A stretch of 64,000 nt of DNA from an uncultured Verrucomicrobiae bacterium (GTDB taxonomy: Bacteria > Verrucomicrobiota > Verrucomicrobiia > Chthoniobacterales > UBA10450), in the NCBI GenBank assembly GCA_963756875.1, contig CAVWPA010000003.1, positions 224,001 to 288,000 of the forward strand. Reading direction: 5' to 3'. Both the position numbers and the translations under genes were made by a program. This document shows positions 1 through 9,667 of this stretch, in pieces (position 1 is the first letter of the stretch; the number at the start of each line of letters is the position of its first letter). The notes beneath the pieces are model-generated. The model ran no database searches and was not told the origin of the DNA. It saw nothing but the letters and a program-made list of their open reading frames with translations.

Positions 1-817
1 GCAAGTGGGTCACGCAATGATTTTACGCGATATCACCCAGAGCCGGCGCACCGCGCAACAAACGCTGGAATCAGAGCGCCTCAATGCACTCACATTGCTC
101 GCCGCCGGTGTGGCGCACGAAATCGGCAACCCGCTTAATTCGCTCAATATTCATTTGCAGTTAATGGAGCGGCAGGCCCGAAAACTCGACGGCCCGGCCC
201 GCAAGGAGTTGCAGGAATCGATCAAAGTGGCGCGCGCCGAAATTAACCGGCTCGATTCCATCGTAACGCAATTCTTGCGCGCGATCCGGCCGACCAGACC
301 GCAGCTGCGGCCGGGAAACATTAATCAAGTTGTCGAAGAAGCCGTGCATTTTTTTGCACCGGAGATCAAGGACAGAGATGTCGTGGTCGAGCAGGAATTG
401 CGTCCGGATCTGCCGATGATCGAAATCGATCGCGACCAGATGAAGCAGGCGTTTTACAACGTGATTAAGAACAGTTTTGAAGCGATGAAGAAACGCGGCA
501 TTCTGCGCATCCGCACCGATCGGGACGACACGCATATTATTGTAAGTTTCACCGACACCGGCGGCGGCATCTCTGTGGAAAACCTGAGTCGCGTTTTCGA
601 GCCCTATTTCACCACCAAAAGTTCCGGCACCGGGCTGGGTCTGCTGATCGTCCGCCGGATCGTGCGCGAGCATGGCGGCGAGCTTTCAATCGAAAGCAAG
701 GAAGGCAAGGGACTCACGCTGACCATTCGCCTGCCTTACACCAATAACCGCGTGCGAATGCTCGAAGCGGGAAGCTTGGAGCGAAACGACGAAGACCGTT
801 CAGGGTCGCCAGTTTAG
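1..817 (+). CDS. Sensor histidine kinase (NtrB/AtoS-like), 5' end outside the window
   Basis: H-box GVAHEIGNPL, N-box NVIKNS, DTGGGI, FEPYFTTK, GTGLGL; directly upstream of a sigma-54 response regulator. Confidence 0.92.
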   Translation, partial: QVGHAMILRDITQSRRTAQQTLESERLNALTLLAAGVAHEIGNPLNSLNIHLQLMERQARKLDGPARKELQESIKVARAEINRLDSIVTQFLRAIRPTRPQLRPGNINQVVEEAVHFFAPEIKDRDVVVEQELRPDLPMIEIDRDQMKQAFYNVIKNSFEAMKKRGILRIRTDRDDTHIIVSFTDTGGGISVENLSRVFEPYFTTKSSGTGLGLLIVRRIVREHGGELSIESKEGKGLTLTIRLPYTNNRVRMLEAGSLERNDEDRSGSPV

Positions 818-890
818 CAGACTTACCGATTGAGAGATCGCGCGATTGAGTGAGAATAAATGGCGCACTGCCAGCTCGATATTTCGCTCA

Positions 891-2327
891 ATGGATTCCA
901 TTCAACCAACGATTCTGATCGTCGATGATGAAAAACCGACGCGCGACGGGTTACGGAGCTTGCTCGAAGACGATTACGACGTCTATGTCGCAGGCGATAT
1001 TGCAGGGGCAGTCAATGTGCTCGAGCGGGAGCACATCGATCTTTTGCTGACCGATCTCCGCCTCGGCGCTGACGATGGAATGCAACTCATTGAGCGCGCC
1101 CTGAAAATGCCGCGCCCGCCGATTTGCATCATGATGACCGCCTATGGCTCCGTGGATACCGCGGTCGACGCGATGAAACGCGGCGCCTACGATTTCGTTA
1201 CCAAGCCGCTCAATCTCGACAAAGTGGAAATTCTGATCGCGCGCGCGCTGAAAGGCCGCAAGCTCGAACAGGAAAACCGGACACTGCGCCAGCAGGTGAA
1301 CGAACGCTACGGATTGGAAAACATCATCGGCGAATCGGGAGTGCTTCACGAAGTCATCGACACCATCCGGCAGGTCGCGCCTTCCTCCGCCAATGTTTTG
1401 ATCGAAGGCGAAAGTGGCACAGGCAAGGAACTCGCCGCGCACGCCATTCATAATCTGAGCCGGCGCAGCCAGGCCAAATTTGTGACCGTTCACTGCGCGG
1501 CGCTGTCGCCGCAATTACTCGAAAGCGAATTGTTCGGTCACGAAAGGGGCGCATTCACCGGCGCGCACGAGCGGCGGATCGGGCGATTCGAGCAGGCGAA
1601 GGGGGGGACGATCTTTCTCGATGAGGTGGCTGAGATCGATCCGAGCACACAGGTGAAATTGCTGCGGGTCGTGAGCGAAGAACGTGCATTCGAGCGAGTG
1701 GGCGGCAATCAAACATTGCGCGCGGACGTGCGCCTCATCGCCGCCACGAACAAGGATCTCGGGAAACTTGTGGCCGAGGGAAAATTTCGCGACGATTTGT
1801 ATTTTCGCCTAAACGTCGTGCGCATCACCATGCCGCCGCTGCGCGATCGCAAGGAAGACATTCCTATTTTAGTGAGCCGGTTCGTGCAGCATTTCGCCAA
1901 GGCGAACGACAAGCAAGTAGGAGAGCTTACCACCGACGCGATGAACGCCCTGCTAATTTACAATTGGCCCGGCAACGTGCGCGAGCTGCGCACCGCGATC
2001 GAGCACGGAGTCGTCATGGCGACCGGGCGCAAGATCACGCTGCGCGATCTCCCCACAGCGATGCGTGAAGCCACCGGCGCCGCGTTGCCGCGCGGTATTT
2101 CGCCCAGCCAGGCTTTCGGCGAGAAAAGAAATCCGCTCAATATTCACGAAACGGAACGGAAACTGATTCTGCAGGCCCTGGCGACCACTAAAGGCAATGT
2201 AACAGCGGCGGCAAAAAGGCTCGGCATCAGCCGGCGCACTTTGCACCGCAAAATCAACGAGATGAATGCAAATGAGTCGACCGGCCCTGCAGCCGGCGCC
2301 GGGGAAAAAGCAGCGAATGCCAAGTAG
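891..2327 (+). CDS. Sigma-54-dependent response regulator (REC-AAA+-Fis HTH, NtrC/AtoC family)
   Basis: REC domain (IVDDE...TDLRL), Walker A GESGTGKE, intact GAFTGA, WPGNVREL, C-terminal HTH; ATG 891 preferred over TTG 846. Confidence 0.95.
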   Translation: MDSIQPTILIVDDEKPTRDGLRSLLEDDYDVYVAGDIAGAVNVLEREHIDLLLTDLRLGADDGMQLIERALKMPRPPICIMMTAYGSVDTAVDAMKRGAYDFVTKPLNLDKVEILIARALKGRKLEQENRTLRQQVNERYGLENIIGESGVLHEVIDTIRQVAPSSANVLIEGESGTGKELAAHAIHNLSRRSQAKFVTVHCAALSPQLLESELFGHERGAFTGAHERRIGRFEQAKGGTIFLDEVAEIDPSTQVKLLRVVSEERAFERVGGNQTLRADVRLIAATNKDLGKLVAEGKFRDDLYFRLNVVRITMPPLRDRKEDIPILVSRFVQHFAKANDKQVGELTTDAMNALLIYNWPGNVRELRTAIEHGVVMATGRKITLRDLPTAMREATGAALPRGISPSQAFGEKRNPLNIHETERKLILQALATTKGNVTAAAKRLGISRRTLHRKINEMNANESTGPAAGAGEKAANAK

Positions 2328-4053
2328 CGAGGAATTTGTCCAGCGCGCGGTGCACGCACTGGAAGCCGGAGTTCTGGCTATCTGGATCCGTCGCGCGCTG
2401 GTCGCCATCGCCATCGCGGCGATCGCGGTACTATATTTGTACCATTTCCGCGGACTGGCGACTTCGCAGGCAATGGACCAGGCACAAATCGGACGTGCCA
2501 TTGCCACCGGACACGGATGGCGCACAAACTTTGTCCGGCCCCGGGCGATTGGACAACTGCTGGCCCATCACAAGAGCGTCCCGCAAAAAATATGGCGCGA
2601 CACCTACAACGCTCCGCTACCGCCGCTCGTGGATGCGATCGCGCTCTGGCCGGTAAGAGGACACCTGAAGCTGTCACCGCGCGATCTTGTCGGCACCGGC
2701 GACAAAGTCATTGCCATCATGTCGATGTTTCTCTTCGCGTTATCGGTGGTGGTCCTCTTTTTTACGGCACGCCGGCTGTTCGACCGCCGGCTGGCCCTTC
2801 TCGCCTGCGGTCTCGTTTTACTCTGCGACGCCATGTGGCAGTACTCGCTCTCCGGTCTGCCGCAGATGTTGTTGCTGCTTCTTTTCAACGCAACCGTCTA
2901 CGCACTCGTGCGGGCTGTTGAAGCGCGCTACGGCGGAGAACCCAACACGATCTGGCTCGCTGCTGTTGGGGCCGGCTTCGGATTATTGGCGCTTACTCAT
3001 GCGCTCACTTTGTGGATCTTTTTGGGCGCTTTCGTTTTTATCGTTTTCTTCTTCAAACCGCGCCTCCGCACGGCGGCGATCGTGCTGGGTGTCTTTGCAC
3101 TCCTTTACCTGCCGTGGCTGGTCCGGAATTATATCGTCTGCGGCAATCCGGGCGGGGTCGCAATTTATAGCGTTTTGGACGGCCTCGGTCACAGCGAGGC
3201 CGGCTGGATGCGCGGGTTAGGCTTAAACCTGACGGGAATTGGCCCGGCCGCCCTGGCCAACAAGATCATGACGAATCTGGTCGCGCAGTTCGGACTCCTT
3301 TTTCAATATTTCGGATGGAGCATCGTGGCGGTGATGTTTTTTCCCGCGCTACTTTATTCGTTCAAGCGACGGGAAACTGCCGTGTTGCGCTGGATGATCC
3401 TCGCCATGTGGGGCGGCGCGGTTCTGGGTATGGCCGTTTATGGAATCAATGAAGAACAGGGCGTTGCTGCGAATCAATTGCATTTGATTTTCGTGCCGCT
3501 GATGACCTGCTACGGCCTGGCTTATCTGCTCGTGCAATGGAACCGCCTTGGAATAAACATCCGCCTGGCGCGGATGGCGTTCATCGCGTTGCTCTACTTC
3601 CTGTGCGCGCTGCCGATGCTTTTCGCGCCGCCATTTCTCGGACCGGCAAAACCGCGCATCTACTGGCCGCCTTACATGCCGCCGTACATTGCCATTTTAA
3701 ACGACTGGATGAAACCGGACGAGATTACGGCGTCGGACATGCCCTGGGCGATCGCCTGGTATGCGAACAGACGCAGCATCTGGCTGCCTGAAACGGTGAA
3801 GAATTTCACCGACTTGAGCGATTACCTGGTCCTCGGCGCTCCAATTAACGGCGTGTATCTCACGCCCATCAGCGGCACCGAGAACAAACTGGGCGACATC
3901 GTCAGGGGTGATTACCACGAGTGGACGGCCTTGATTCTACGAACGCAGGCCCTAGGAAAATTCCCGCTCAAATGGTCGACTGTGGAACTCGGGCTGGAAA
4001 ATGAGTGCCTTTTTCTGAGCGACCACGATCGACGAAACCCGGGAACGCCCTAA
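2317..4053 (+). CDS. Multi-pass membrane protein, GT-C/ArnT-PMT-like glycosyltransferase
   Basis: Many hydrophobic segments, APLPPL and LPWLVRN motifs typical of PMT_2/GT39-like proteins; start overlaps the regulator 3' end. Confidence 0.65.
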   Translation: MPSSEEFVQRAVHALEAGVLAIWIRRALVAIAIAAIAVLYLYHFRGLATSQAMDQAQIGRAIATGHGWRTNFVRPRAIGQLLAHHKSVPQKIWRDTYNAPLPPLVDAIALWPVRGHLKLSPRDLVGTGDKVIAIMSMFLFALSVVVLFFTARRLFDRRLALLACGLVLLCDAMWQYSLSGLPQMLLLLLFNATVYALVRAVEARYGGEPNTIWLAAVGAGFGLLALTHALTLWIFLGAFVFIVFFFKPRLRTAAIVLGVFALLYLPWLVRNYIVCGNPGGVAIYSVLDGLGHSEAGWMRGLGLNLTGIGPAALANKIMTNLVAQFGLLFQYFGWSIVAVMFFPALLYSFKRRETAVLRWMILAMWGGAVLGMAVYGINEEQGVAANQLHLIFVPLMTCYGLAYLLVQWNRLGINIRLARMAFIALLYFLCALPMLFAPPFLGPAKPRIYWPPYMPPYIAILNDWMKPDEITASDMPWAIAWYANRRSIWLPETVKNFTDLSDYLVLGAPINGVYLTPISGTENKLGDIVRGDYHEWTALILRTQALGKFPLKWSTVELGLENECLFLSDHDRRNPGTP

Positions 4054-4123
4054 ATGAGCATGCCTGCGATCTTCCGTGCGAAAGAAGCAGTAATCGCTGA
4101 TTGTCAGTTGGAAGGAAACTACC

Positions 4124-4188
4124 GCCCTCACCTGGTCCGGCGGCTGCCGAATCCTCCTCTCCCCGAGGGACAGGATTGAGGTGAGGGC
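4124..4188. repeat. Palindromic repeat, GCCCTCACC...CCTCTCCC/GG...GGTGAGGGC family, copy 1
   Basis: Inverted termini GCCCTCACCT/AGGTGAGGGC; related copy at 22615-22697. Confidence 0.75.
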
Positions 4189-4276
4189 AAGTCGTGCAAC
4201 TGACCCGCACTATCCTCGAAACGTGAGCACTTGATTTTCCCGTTTACGAACTGCCCTTCGAGCGTTTCAATATCGC

Positions 4277-5662
4277 GTGGCCAGCGAGAAAAAAATCTTC
4301 GGGACGGACGGCGTGCGTGGCGTGGCCAACGTCGAGCCGGTTACCGCGGAAACCGCTCTGAAGCTCGGGCGTGCTGCGGCGCACGTTTTCACCCAGTTGA
4401 ATCCGCGGACGATTCCCGAAGGCACGCGACCGAAAATTGTGCTCGGCAAGGACACGCGTCTTTCCGGGTACATGCTCGAGAACGCGCTCGTTGCGGGAAT
4501 CACCTCACTCGGCGTCGATGTCCTCATTATCGGGCCGCTGCCTACTCCGGGCGTAGCTTATATCACGCGCTCACTCCGAGCCGACGCCGGCATCGTCCTC
4601 TCTGCGTCACATAATCCTTACGAAGATAACGGCATCAAATTTTTCCGGCACGACGGCTACAAACTGGACGACCAGGTCGAAGACAAGATCGAGCGGCTGG
4701 TTTTCGGGGGTGAAGTCGATTCCATCCGGCCGACTGCCGGAAAAATCGGACGCGCAGCGCGAATTGACGATGCGCTTGGTCGTTACGTCGAATTCGCCAA
4801 GGCGAGTTTCCCGAGAAAAATGTCGCTCGAAGAGATGCGCATCGCCGTCGACGTCGCGAACGGCGCCGGGTACAAATCGACGCCGTGCATTCTGCGCGAA
4901 CTCGGCGCGGAGGTGATTGTCGCGCACAACGAGCCGAATGGAATGAACATCAACGATGGATGCGGCAGCATTTATCCGCAGGAAATCCAGCGCGTCGTGA
5001 AAGAAAGCGGCGCGCACGTCGGCATCACGCATGACGGCGACGCCGATCGCGTCCTGCTTTGCGATGAGAACGGCGAGATTGTCGACGGCGACGAAATTCT
5101 TGCCATCGCGGCAATCGATCTTTTGCGAAACAAACAGCTCCAGGAGAATACGCTGGTTGCGACCGTAATGAGCAACTTCGGGCTGGATGAAGCGCTGGCC
5201 GCGAATGGCGGCAAGGTTCTCCGCACGAAAGTGGGCGATCGTTACGTCATTGAGGAAATGGTGGCGCGCAATCTGAATCTCGGCGGCGAACAGAGCGGCC
5301 ACATTATTTTTCGTGATTTTAGCACCACCGGAGACGGCATCATCAGCGCGCTGCAAATCTTACGGATCATGCACGCAACCGGTCAGCCGCTCAGCAAATT
5401 GAAAGCGTGTCTAAAAAAATACCCGCAGGCCCAGCGCAACTTGAAAGTTAAGGCAAAACCGCCTATCGAAGAATTGCGCGAGGTTGTAAAGCTGCGCGAC
5501 GAAGTGGAACGCGAGCTCGGCGGCAAAGGCCGCGTCCTTTTACGCTATTCCGGCACCGAGCCCAAAATTCGACTGCTCATCGAAGGTCGCGAACTGGACA
5601 AAATCGATAGGCAGGCCAACCGCATTGCCGATGCAATCCAAAGCGCAATCGGCGCAAACTGA
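4277..5662 (+). CDS. glmM: Phosphoglucosamine mutase
   Basis: FGTDGVRG, active-site SASHNP, DGDADR, GGEQSGH, RYSGTEP. Confidence 0.97.
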   Translation: MASEKKIFGTDGVRGVANVEPVTAETALKLGRAAAHVFTQLNPRTIPEGTRPKIVLGKDTRLSGYMLENALVAGITSLGVDVLIIGPLPTPGVAYITRSLRADAGIVLSASHNPYEDNGIKFFRHDGYKLDDQVEDKIERLVFGGEVDSIRPTAGKIGRAARIDDALGRYVEFAKASFPRKMSLEEMRIAVDVANGAGYKSTPCILRELGAEVIVAHNEPNGMNINDGCGSIYPQEIQRVVKESGAHVGITHDGDADRVLLCDENGEIVDGDEILAIAAIDLLRNKQLQENTLVATVMSNFGLDEALAANGGKVLRTKVGDRYVIEEMVARNLNLGGEQSGHIIFRDFSTTGDGIISALQILRIMHATGQPLSKLKACLKKYPQAQRNLKVKAKPPIEELREVVKLRDEVERELGGKGRVLLRYSGTEPKIRLLIEGRELDKIDRQANRIADAIQSAIGAN

Positions 5663-5692
5663 ACCCGATGACGCGCGATCGATTTTTGAGAC

Positions 5693-5752
5693 TGGAGGGC
5701 GCGGCGGTGTCAGCGCCTATGAATTTGGGACACGACGGCGCGTGTCCCTCCA
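5693..5752. repeat. REP-like double hairpin with TGGAGGG...CCCTCCA termini
   Basis: Terminal inverted repeat plus internal GGCGC/GCGCC and GGGACACG/CGTGTCCC stems. Confidence 0.65.
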
Positions 5753-5759
5753 TTAGCTC

Positions 5760-6374
5760 ATGACGCTGACCAAAGTCATCGAGGCGCTTCTTTGCAGCGC
5801 GCGGAAGCCGCTCCCGGCAAAGGAGATTGTCGAAGTCTTGAAACGCGCAGGCGAGGCGGACTCGTTGTCGCCCAACGAATTTTCCAGAGTGCGCGAACCG
5901 GAAGTGGCCGCGGCGCTTCAGCAATTGAAGATCGAATACGTCGAACAACAGCGCGGGTTTCAACTTGTGGAGAAAGCCGAAGGCTGGCAGCTGGCGACCG
6001 ATCCCCAATATGCGCCGTGGGTGCGCGAGCTTTTTCCCGAACCGAAGGCGGCTCGACTGACTTCACCCGCGCTGGAGACGCTGGCAATTATTGCCTACCG
6101 CCAGCCGATTACGCGCGCCGATGTCGAGGCGGTCCGCGGTGTCACCATAGACAGTGTCCTGCAGACGTTGATGGAACGCGGCCTTGTCAAAATTGCGGGC
6201 CGCGCTGAGATCCCCGGCAGACCCCTGCTTTACGAGACGACGCAATTCTTTCTCGATCACTTCGGTCTGCGTAATCTGGATGAATTGCCAAACGTCGAGG
6301 AATTGAGAAGACGCTATCTCCCGGTAGCTTCGCGGGTCGAAGCATCTAAGGCCCCGGAGCCGCCCCCTGAGTAG
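5760..6374 (+). CDS. scpB: SMC-Scp complex subunit ScpB
   Basis: ALETLAIIAYRQPITRADVEAVRGV, GRPLLYETT..FLDHFGL. Confidence 0.95.
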   Translation: MTLTKVIEALLCSARKPLPAKEIVEVLKRAGEADSLSPNEFSRVREPEVAAALQQLKIEYVEQQRGFQLVEKAEGWQLATDPQYAPWVRELFPEPKAARLTSPALETLAIIAYRQPITRADVEAVRGVTIDSVLQTLMERGLVKIAGRAEIPGRPLLYETTQFFLDHFGLRNLDELPNVEELRRRYLPVASRVEASKAPEPPPE

Positions 6375-6495
6375 CGCACGTGTCTCGCGTGTTGGCGAAA
6401 GCGTCCCGTTTTCGCAGGCTTTCATTGTGTTTACCATCAACCAAAAGGTTGTTTCGGCGAGACGCCGGAACCAGCGCGCGAGACGCGTCCGCTAC
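6371..6495. repeat. GTAG-type REP/REPIN-like inverted repeat
   Basis: GTAGCGCACGTGTCTCGCGTGTTGG at the left end pairs with CCAGCGCGCGAGACGCGTCCGCTAC at the right; internal TTTCGGCGAGACGCCGGAA hairpin. Confidence 0.8.
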
Positions 6496-7518
6496 CCAAT
6501 TCGTTTCCTTGCCGCGCTCCTTCTCCTAACCGGCACTACGGCGTTTGGAGAAATCTCTTCGGCCGATTGCGCGCGCGCCGCAAAATATTCGGAAAAGGAG
6601 CGCGGCATCTCGATGCTCGCCATGCAAAACGGTCGCACCGTTTTCGAGCATTACGCGAATGGCGGCGCGGCTAATGGCCGGTGGCCGATCTTCAGCGGCA
6701 CGAAGAGCTTTTGGGGAATTGCCGCTCTCTGCGCGGTCAAAGAAGGTCTGTTCAGGTTTGATGATCGCGTGGCCGACACGATCATCGAGTGGAGAAACGA
6801 TCCGCTCCGATCGCAGATCACAATTCGCGAGCTTCTGCATTTCACCGACGGGATCGAAGCCGCATCGCACTTGCAGAGCTCGTCGGTCCGCGACCGCAAT
6901 GGCATGGCAATCCGGCTGCGAATCGTAGCCAGACCCGGCTCGGCTTTTATTTACGGCCCGAGCCATCTCCAGATTTTTTTGGAATTGCTCCGGCGAAAAT
7001 TACATGACCGCACAACGACTTCGTATCTTGAAGAGCATGTCCTCAACCCGCTTGGATTATATAATCTCAACTATAAAAAGGACTCTCGCGGTCATCCGCT
7101 TGCCGCCAGCGGTTTCGAACTGACCGCGCGCGAGTGGGCCCGCTTCGGCGAAATGGTCCTCGGTCACGGAAGCTACAATGGCCACCAGGTGGTCTCCGCA
7201 GGTTTACTCCGCGAGGCGTTTGTCGGGTCGCCGGCAAATCCATCTTACGGAATGACATTCTGGCTAAATCGCGAGGCAGGCACCTTCGCCCATGAAGCGA
7301 ACATCGAAAAAATGCTCGACTTGCCATGGAAACGCGCGAACTGGAGAAACATTTGCATTGGCCGAAGCGCGCCTGCCGACATGGTGGTCGCTCTGGGCTC
7401 CGATTATCAGCGTCTTTTTATTATTCCATCGATGAACGCCCTGATTGTGCGCCAGGGATCGAATGCGAAATTCTCCGACGCACATTTCCTGCGGCTCGCC
7501 CTGGAGCACAGCCGGTAG
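6427..7518 (+). CDS. Exported serine hydrolase, beta-lactamase class C/AmpC-like family; start uncertain
   Basis: SxxK (FSGTKS), ITIRELL, PGSAFIY; hydrophobic signal-like segment FLAALLLL. Confidence 0.85.
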   Translation: MFTINQKVVSARRRNQRARRVRYPIRFLAALLLLTGTTAFGEISSADCARAAKYSEKERGISMLAMQNGRTVFEHYANGGAANGRWPIFSGTKSFWGIAALCAVKEGLFRFDDRVADTIIEWRNDPLRSQITIRELLHFTDGIEAASHLQSSSVRDRNGMAIRLRIVARPGSAFIYGPSHLQIFLELLRRKLHDRTTTSYLEEHVLNPLGLYNLNYKKDSRGHPLAASGFELTAREWARFGEMVLGHGSYNGHQVVSAGLLREAFVGSPANPSYGMTFWLNREAGTFAHEANIEKMLDLPWKRANWRNICIGRSAPADMVVALGSDYQRLFIIPSMNALIVRQGSNAKFSDAHFLRLALEHSR

Positions 7519-7581
7519 CCCGAGACCGGGCCGCGCCGGAGTTGACTTGACTGCGCATTTCTTGAACGATGCCAGGAGTCG

Positions 7582-8067
7582 ATGAAGACCAGGACCTTTC
7601 TCGCGCTTGCCGGGGCCGTTGCGCTTGCCCAATTACCGGCTTATGCGGCCACCACGGATCGCACCGCTGACGAGCAGCAAATCCGAAAGATCGAGCAAGA
7701 TTGGGTCAACGCCATGGTGAAACGCGACGGCGCGTTTTTAAAAAAGCTCGAGGCCGACGATTACACCCTGACGGGACCGGATGGAAAGGTGCTCACCAAG
7801 GAGGAGGACATCAAAAATACGACCGAGGGCGACACAATTTTCGACGACATCAAGATCGAGAATCTGGAGGTGCGTTTTTACGGCGATACCGCAGTGGTCA
7901 ATGGAATGAACATGATCAAGGCGCACAGTAAAAGCGGCGACATGGAAGAAGATTTGAGCGGTCCGTATTCGTGGACCGATGTTTTTGTGAAACAGAACGG
8001 CCAATGGAAAGTGGTTGCGACGCACATCACGGCATTGGCTTCAGAAACCAAAGAGGACCAGGATTAA
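7582..8067 (+). CDS. Exported NTF2-like (DUF4440) protein
   Basis: Signal peptide; VRFYGDTAVV and TDVFVKQNGQWKVVATH motifs; AGGAG RBS. Confidence 0.85.
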   Translation: MKTRTFLALAGAVALAQLPAYAATTDRTADEQQIRKIEQDWVNAMVKRDGAFLKKLEADDYTLTGPDGKVLTKEEDIKNTTEGDTIFDDIKIENLEVRFYGDTAVVNGMNMIKAHSKSGDMEEDLSGPYSWTDVFVKQNGQWKVVATHITALASETKEDQD

Positions 8068-8073
8068 GAACCT

Positions 8074-8727
8074 ATGAATAAGTTTGCGCTCGGCTGCGGC
8101 GGCGTGTTGGTCATCATTCTTGTTATTGCTTTCATTGTGGGCCTGTTTTTTTGGGGGACCTACAATCGGCTGGTCACGTTGCAACAAAACGTGAACAAGA
8201 AATGGGCCGACGTGCAAAGCGTCTATCAGCGGCGCGCGGATTTGATTCCGAACCTGGTGAATACGGTGCAGGGGGCGGCCAATTTCGAGAAGTCCACTCT
8301 GATCGCGGTGACCGACGCGCGGGCCAGCGTGGGCCGCGTTCAATTGGACCCCAACAAGGCGCCCACCGATGCCGCTCAGCTCGCGCAGTTTCAGGCCGCG
8401 CAGGGGCAGTTGGGCAACGCTCTTTCGCGATTGCTCGTCGTGGTCGAGCGGTATCCGGAGTTGAAATCCAACCAAAACTTCATGGGGTTGCAGGCCCAGT
8501 TGGAGGGCACTGAAAACAGGATTGCGGTGGAACGGAACAACTTCAACGGCGCGGTGCAGGATTACAATACCGCTTTACTACGATTCCCGACGAACGTGGT
8601 GGCGGGGATATTCGGGTTTCAGTCGCGCCCGTTTTTCAACGCGCAACCGGGTGCGGAAAAAGTGCCGGCCGTGAATTTCAATTTTGGCACGCCCGTTCCG
8701 GCGCCGGCGGCGACCGCCTCGCCCTAG
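8074..8727 (+). CDS. lemA: LemA family protein
   Basis: YQRRADLIPNLV, VERYPELKSN, LEGTENRI. Confidence 0.95.
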   Translation: MNKFALGCGGVLVIILVIAFIVGLFFWGTYNRLVTLQQNVNKKWADVQSVYQRRADLIPNLVNTVQGAANFEKSTLIAVTDARASVGRVQLDPNKAPTDAAQLAQFQAAQGQLGNALSRLLVVVERYPELKSNQNFMGLQAQLEGTENRIAVERNNFNGAVQDYNTALLRFPTNVVAGIFGFQSRPFFNAQPGAEKVPAVNFNFGTPVPAPAATASP

Positions 8728-8746
8728 CTGCAACGTCACTGGCGCG

Positions 8747-9667
8747 ATGCAGCGCGAATTAAATCCGGGGAGCGCACGCGCCCTCGCGTGCACTGTTCGG
8801 CGCTTCGCCGAACAGACTCCGCGCCACCCGCCTTTGAAACCTGTTTTAGATTTAAATCATGTGCAGAGGTTGCGGCGAGGGCGCCGCAACCAGCACGCGA
8901 GGCGCGTGTGCTCCCCGGCGTTCTGCGTCGCGTTCCTCGTCGCCGCAGCGGCATTTGCCCACGGGAGAGCCTTCGCCGCAGAAGTCATCCCGCCGAAGCC
9001 GGACCACTACTTCAATGATTACGCCGCCGTCGTTTCAAAAGAAGCGGCCGATCGCTTCAACCAGCAGCTCGAGCAATTTGAGCGAGAAACATCAGACCAG
9101 GTTGTCGTCGCCGTTTACCCAAAAATGCAGAGCGATTCTTCGATCGCCGATTACACACAGCGTGTCGCCCAGGCCTGGGGTGTCGGACAAAAAGAGCAAC
9201 GCAACGGAGTTGTTCTTTTCGTTTTCATCCAGGATCGCAAGATGTTTATCCAGGTCGGATACGGATTGGAGGGCGCGTTGCCCGATGTCACGGCTTTCGA
9301 CATTACCGAATACAGAATCAAGCCGCGTTTTCGTGAAAACGATTACGAAGGAGGCCTGGCAGCAGGGATTGATTCCATCTGCAAGGCGATCCGCGGTGAA
9401 TACAAAGGCACGGGAAAGACGGTTGCGGAACAACACGGTGGATCCGCTGCCCCCAGCTTCTTGTTTTTCATCGTCTTCATCATTGTGTTGATCGCGATCT
9501 CAGGGCTGATGCGACAATTTGGCGGTTATGGTTATTCGGCCCGGGGAGGTGGCCCAATATTCTTTCCAATGGGCGGGGGCGGCGGCGGCGGCTGGTCCTC
9601 TGGCGGCGGCGGTTTTAGTGGAGGGGGCGGAAGTTTTGGCGGCGGTGGAGCGGGATCCAGCTGGTAA
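8747..9667 (+). CDS. TPM-domain (YgcG-like) membrane protein with Gly-rich C-terminus; start uncertain
   Basis: WGVGQKEQRNGV, QVGYGLEGALPD, GGGSFGGGGAGSSW tail; lies in a LemA operon. Confidence 0.88.
   Translation: MQRELNPGSARALACTVRRFAEQTPRHPPLKPVLDLNHVQRLRRGRRNQHARRVCSPAFCVAFLVAAAAFAHGRAFAAEVIPPKPDHYFNDYAAVVSKEAADRFNQQLEQFERETSDQVVVAVYPKMQSDSSIADYTQRVAQAWGVGQKEQRNGVVLFVFIQDRKMFIQVGYGLEGALPDVTAFDITEYRIKPRFRENDYEGGLAAGIDSICKAIRGEYKGTGKTVAEQHGGSAAPSFLFFIVFIIVLIAISGLMRQFGGYGYSARGGGPIFFPMGGGGGGGWSSGGGGFSGGGGSFGGGGAGSSW
8765..8918. repeat. REPIN-like inverted repeat, same family as 6371-6495
   Basis: CCGGGGAGCGCACGCGCCCTCGCGTGC and GCACGCGAGGCGCGTGTGCTCCCCGG termini with two internal hairpins; a lone right end occurs at about 47697-47721. 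Confidence 0.85.
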
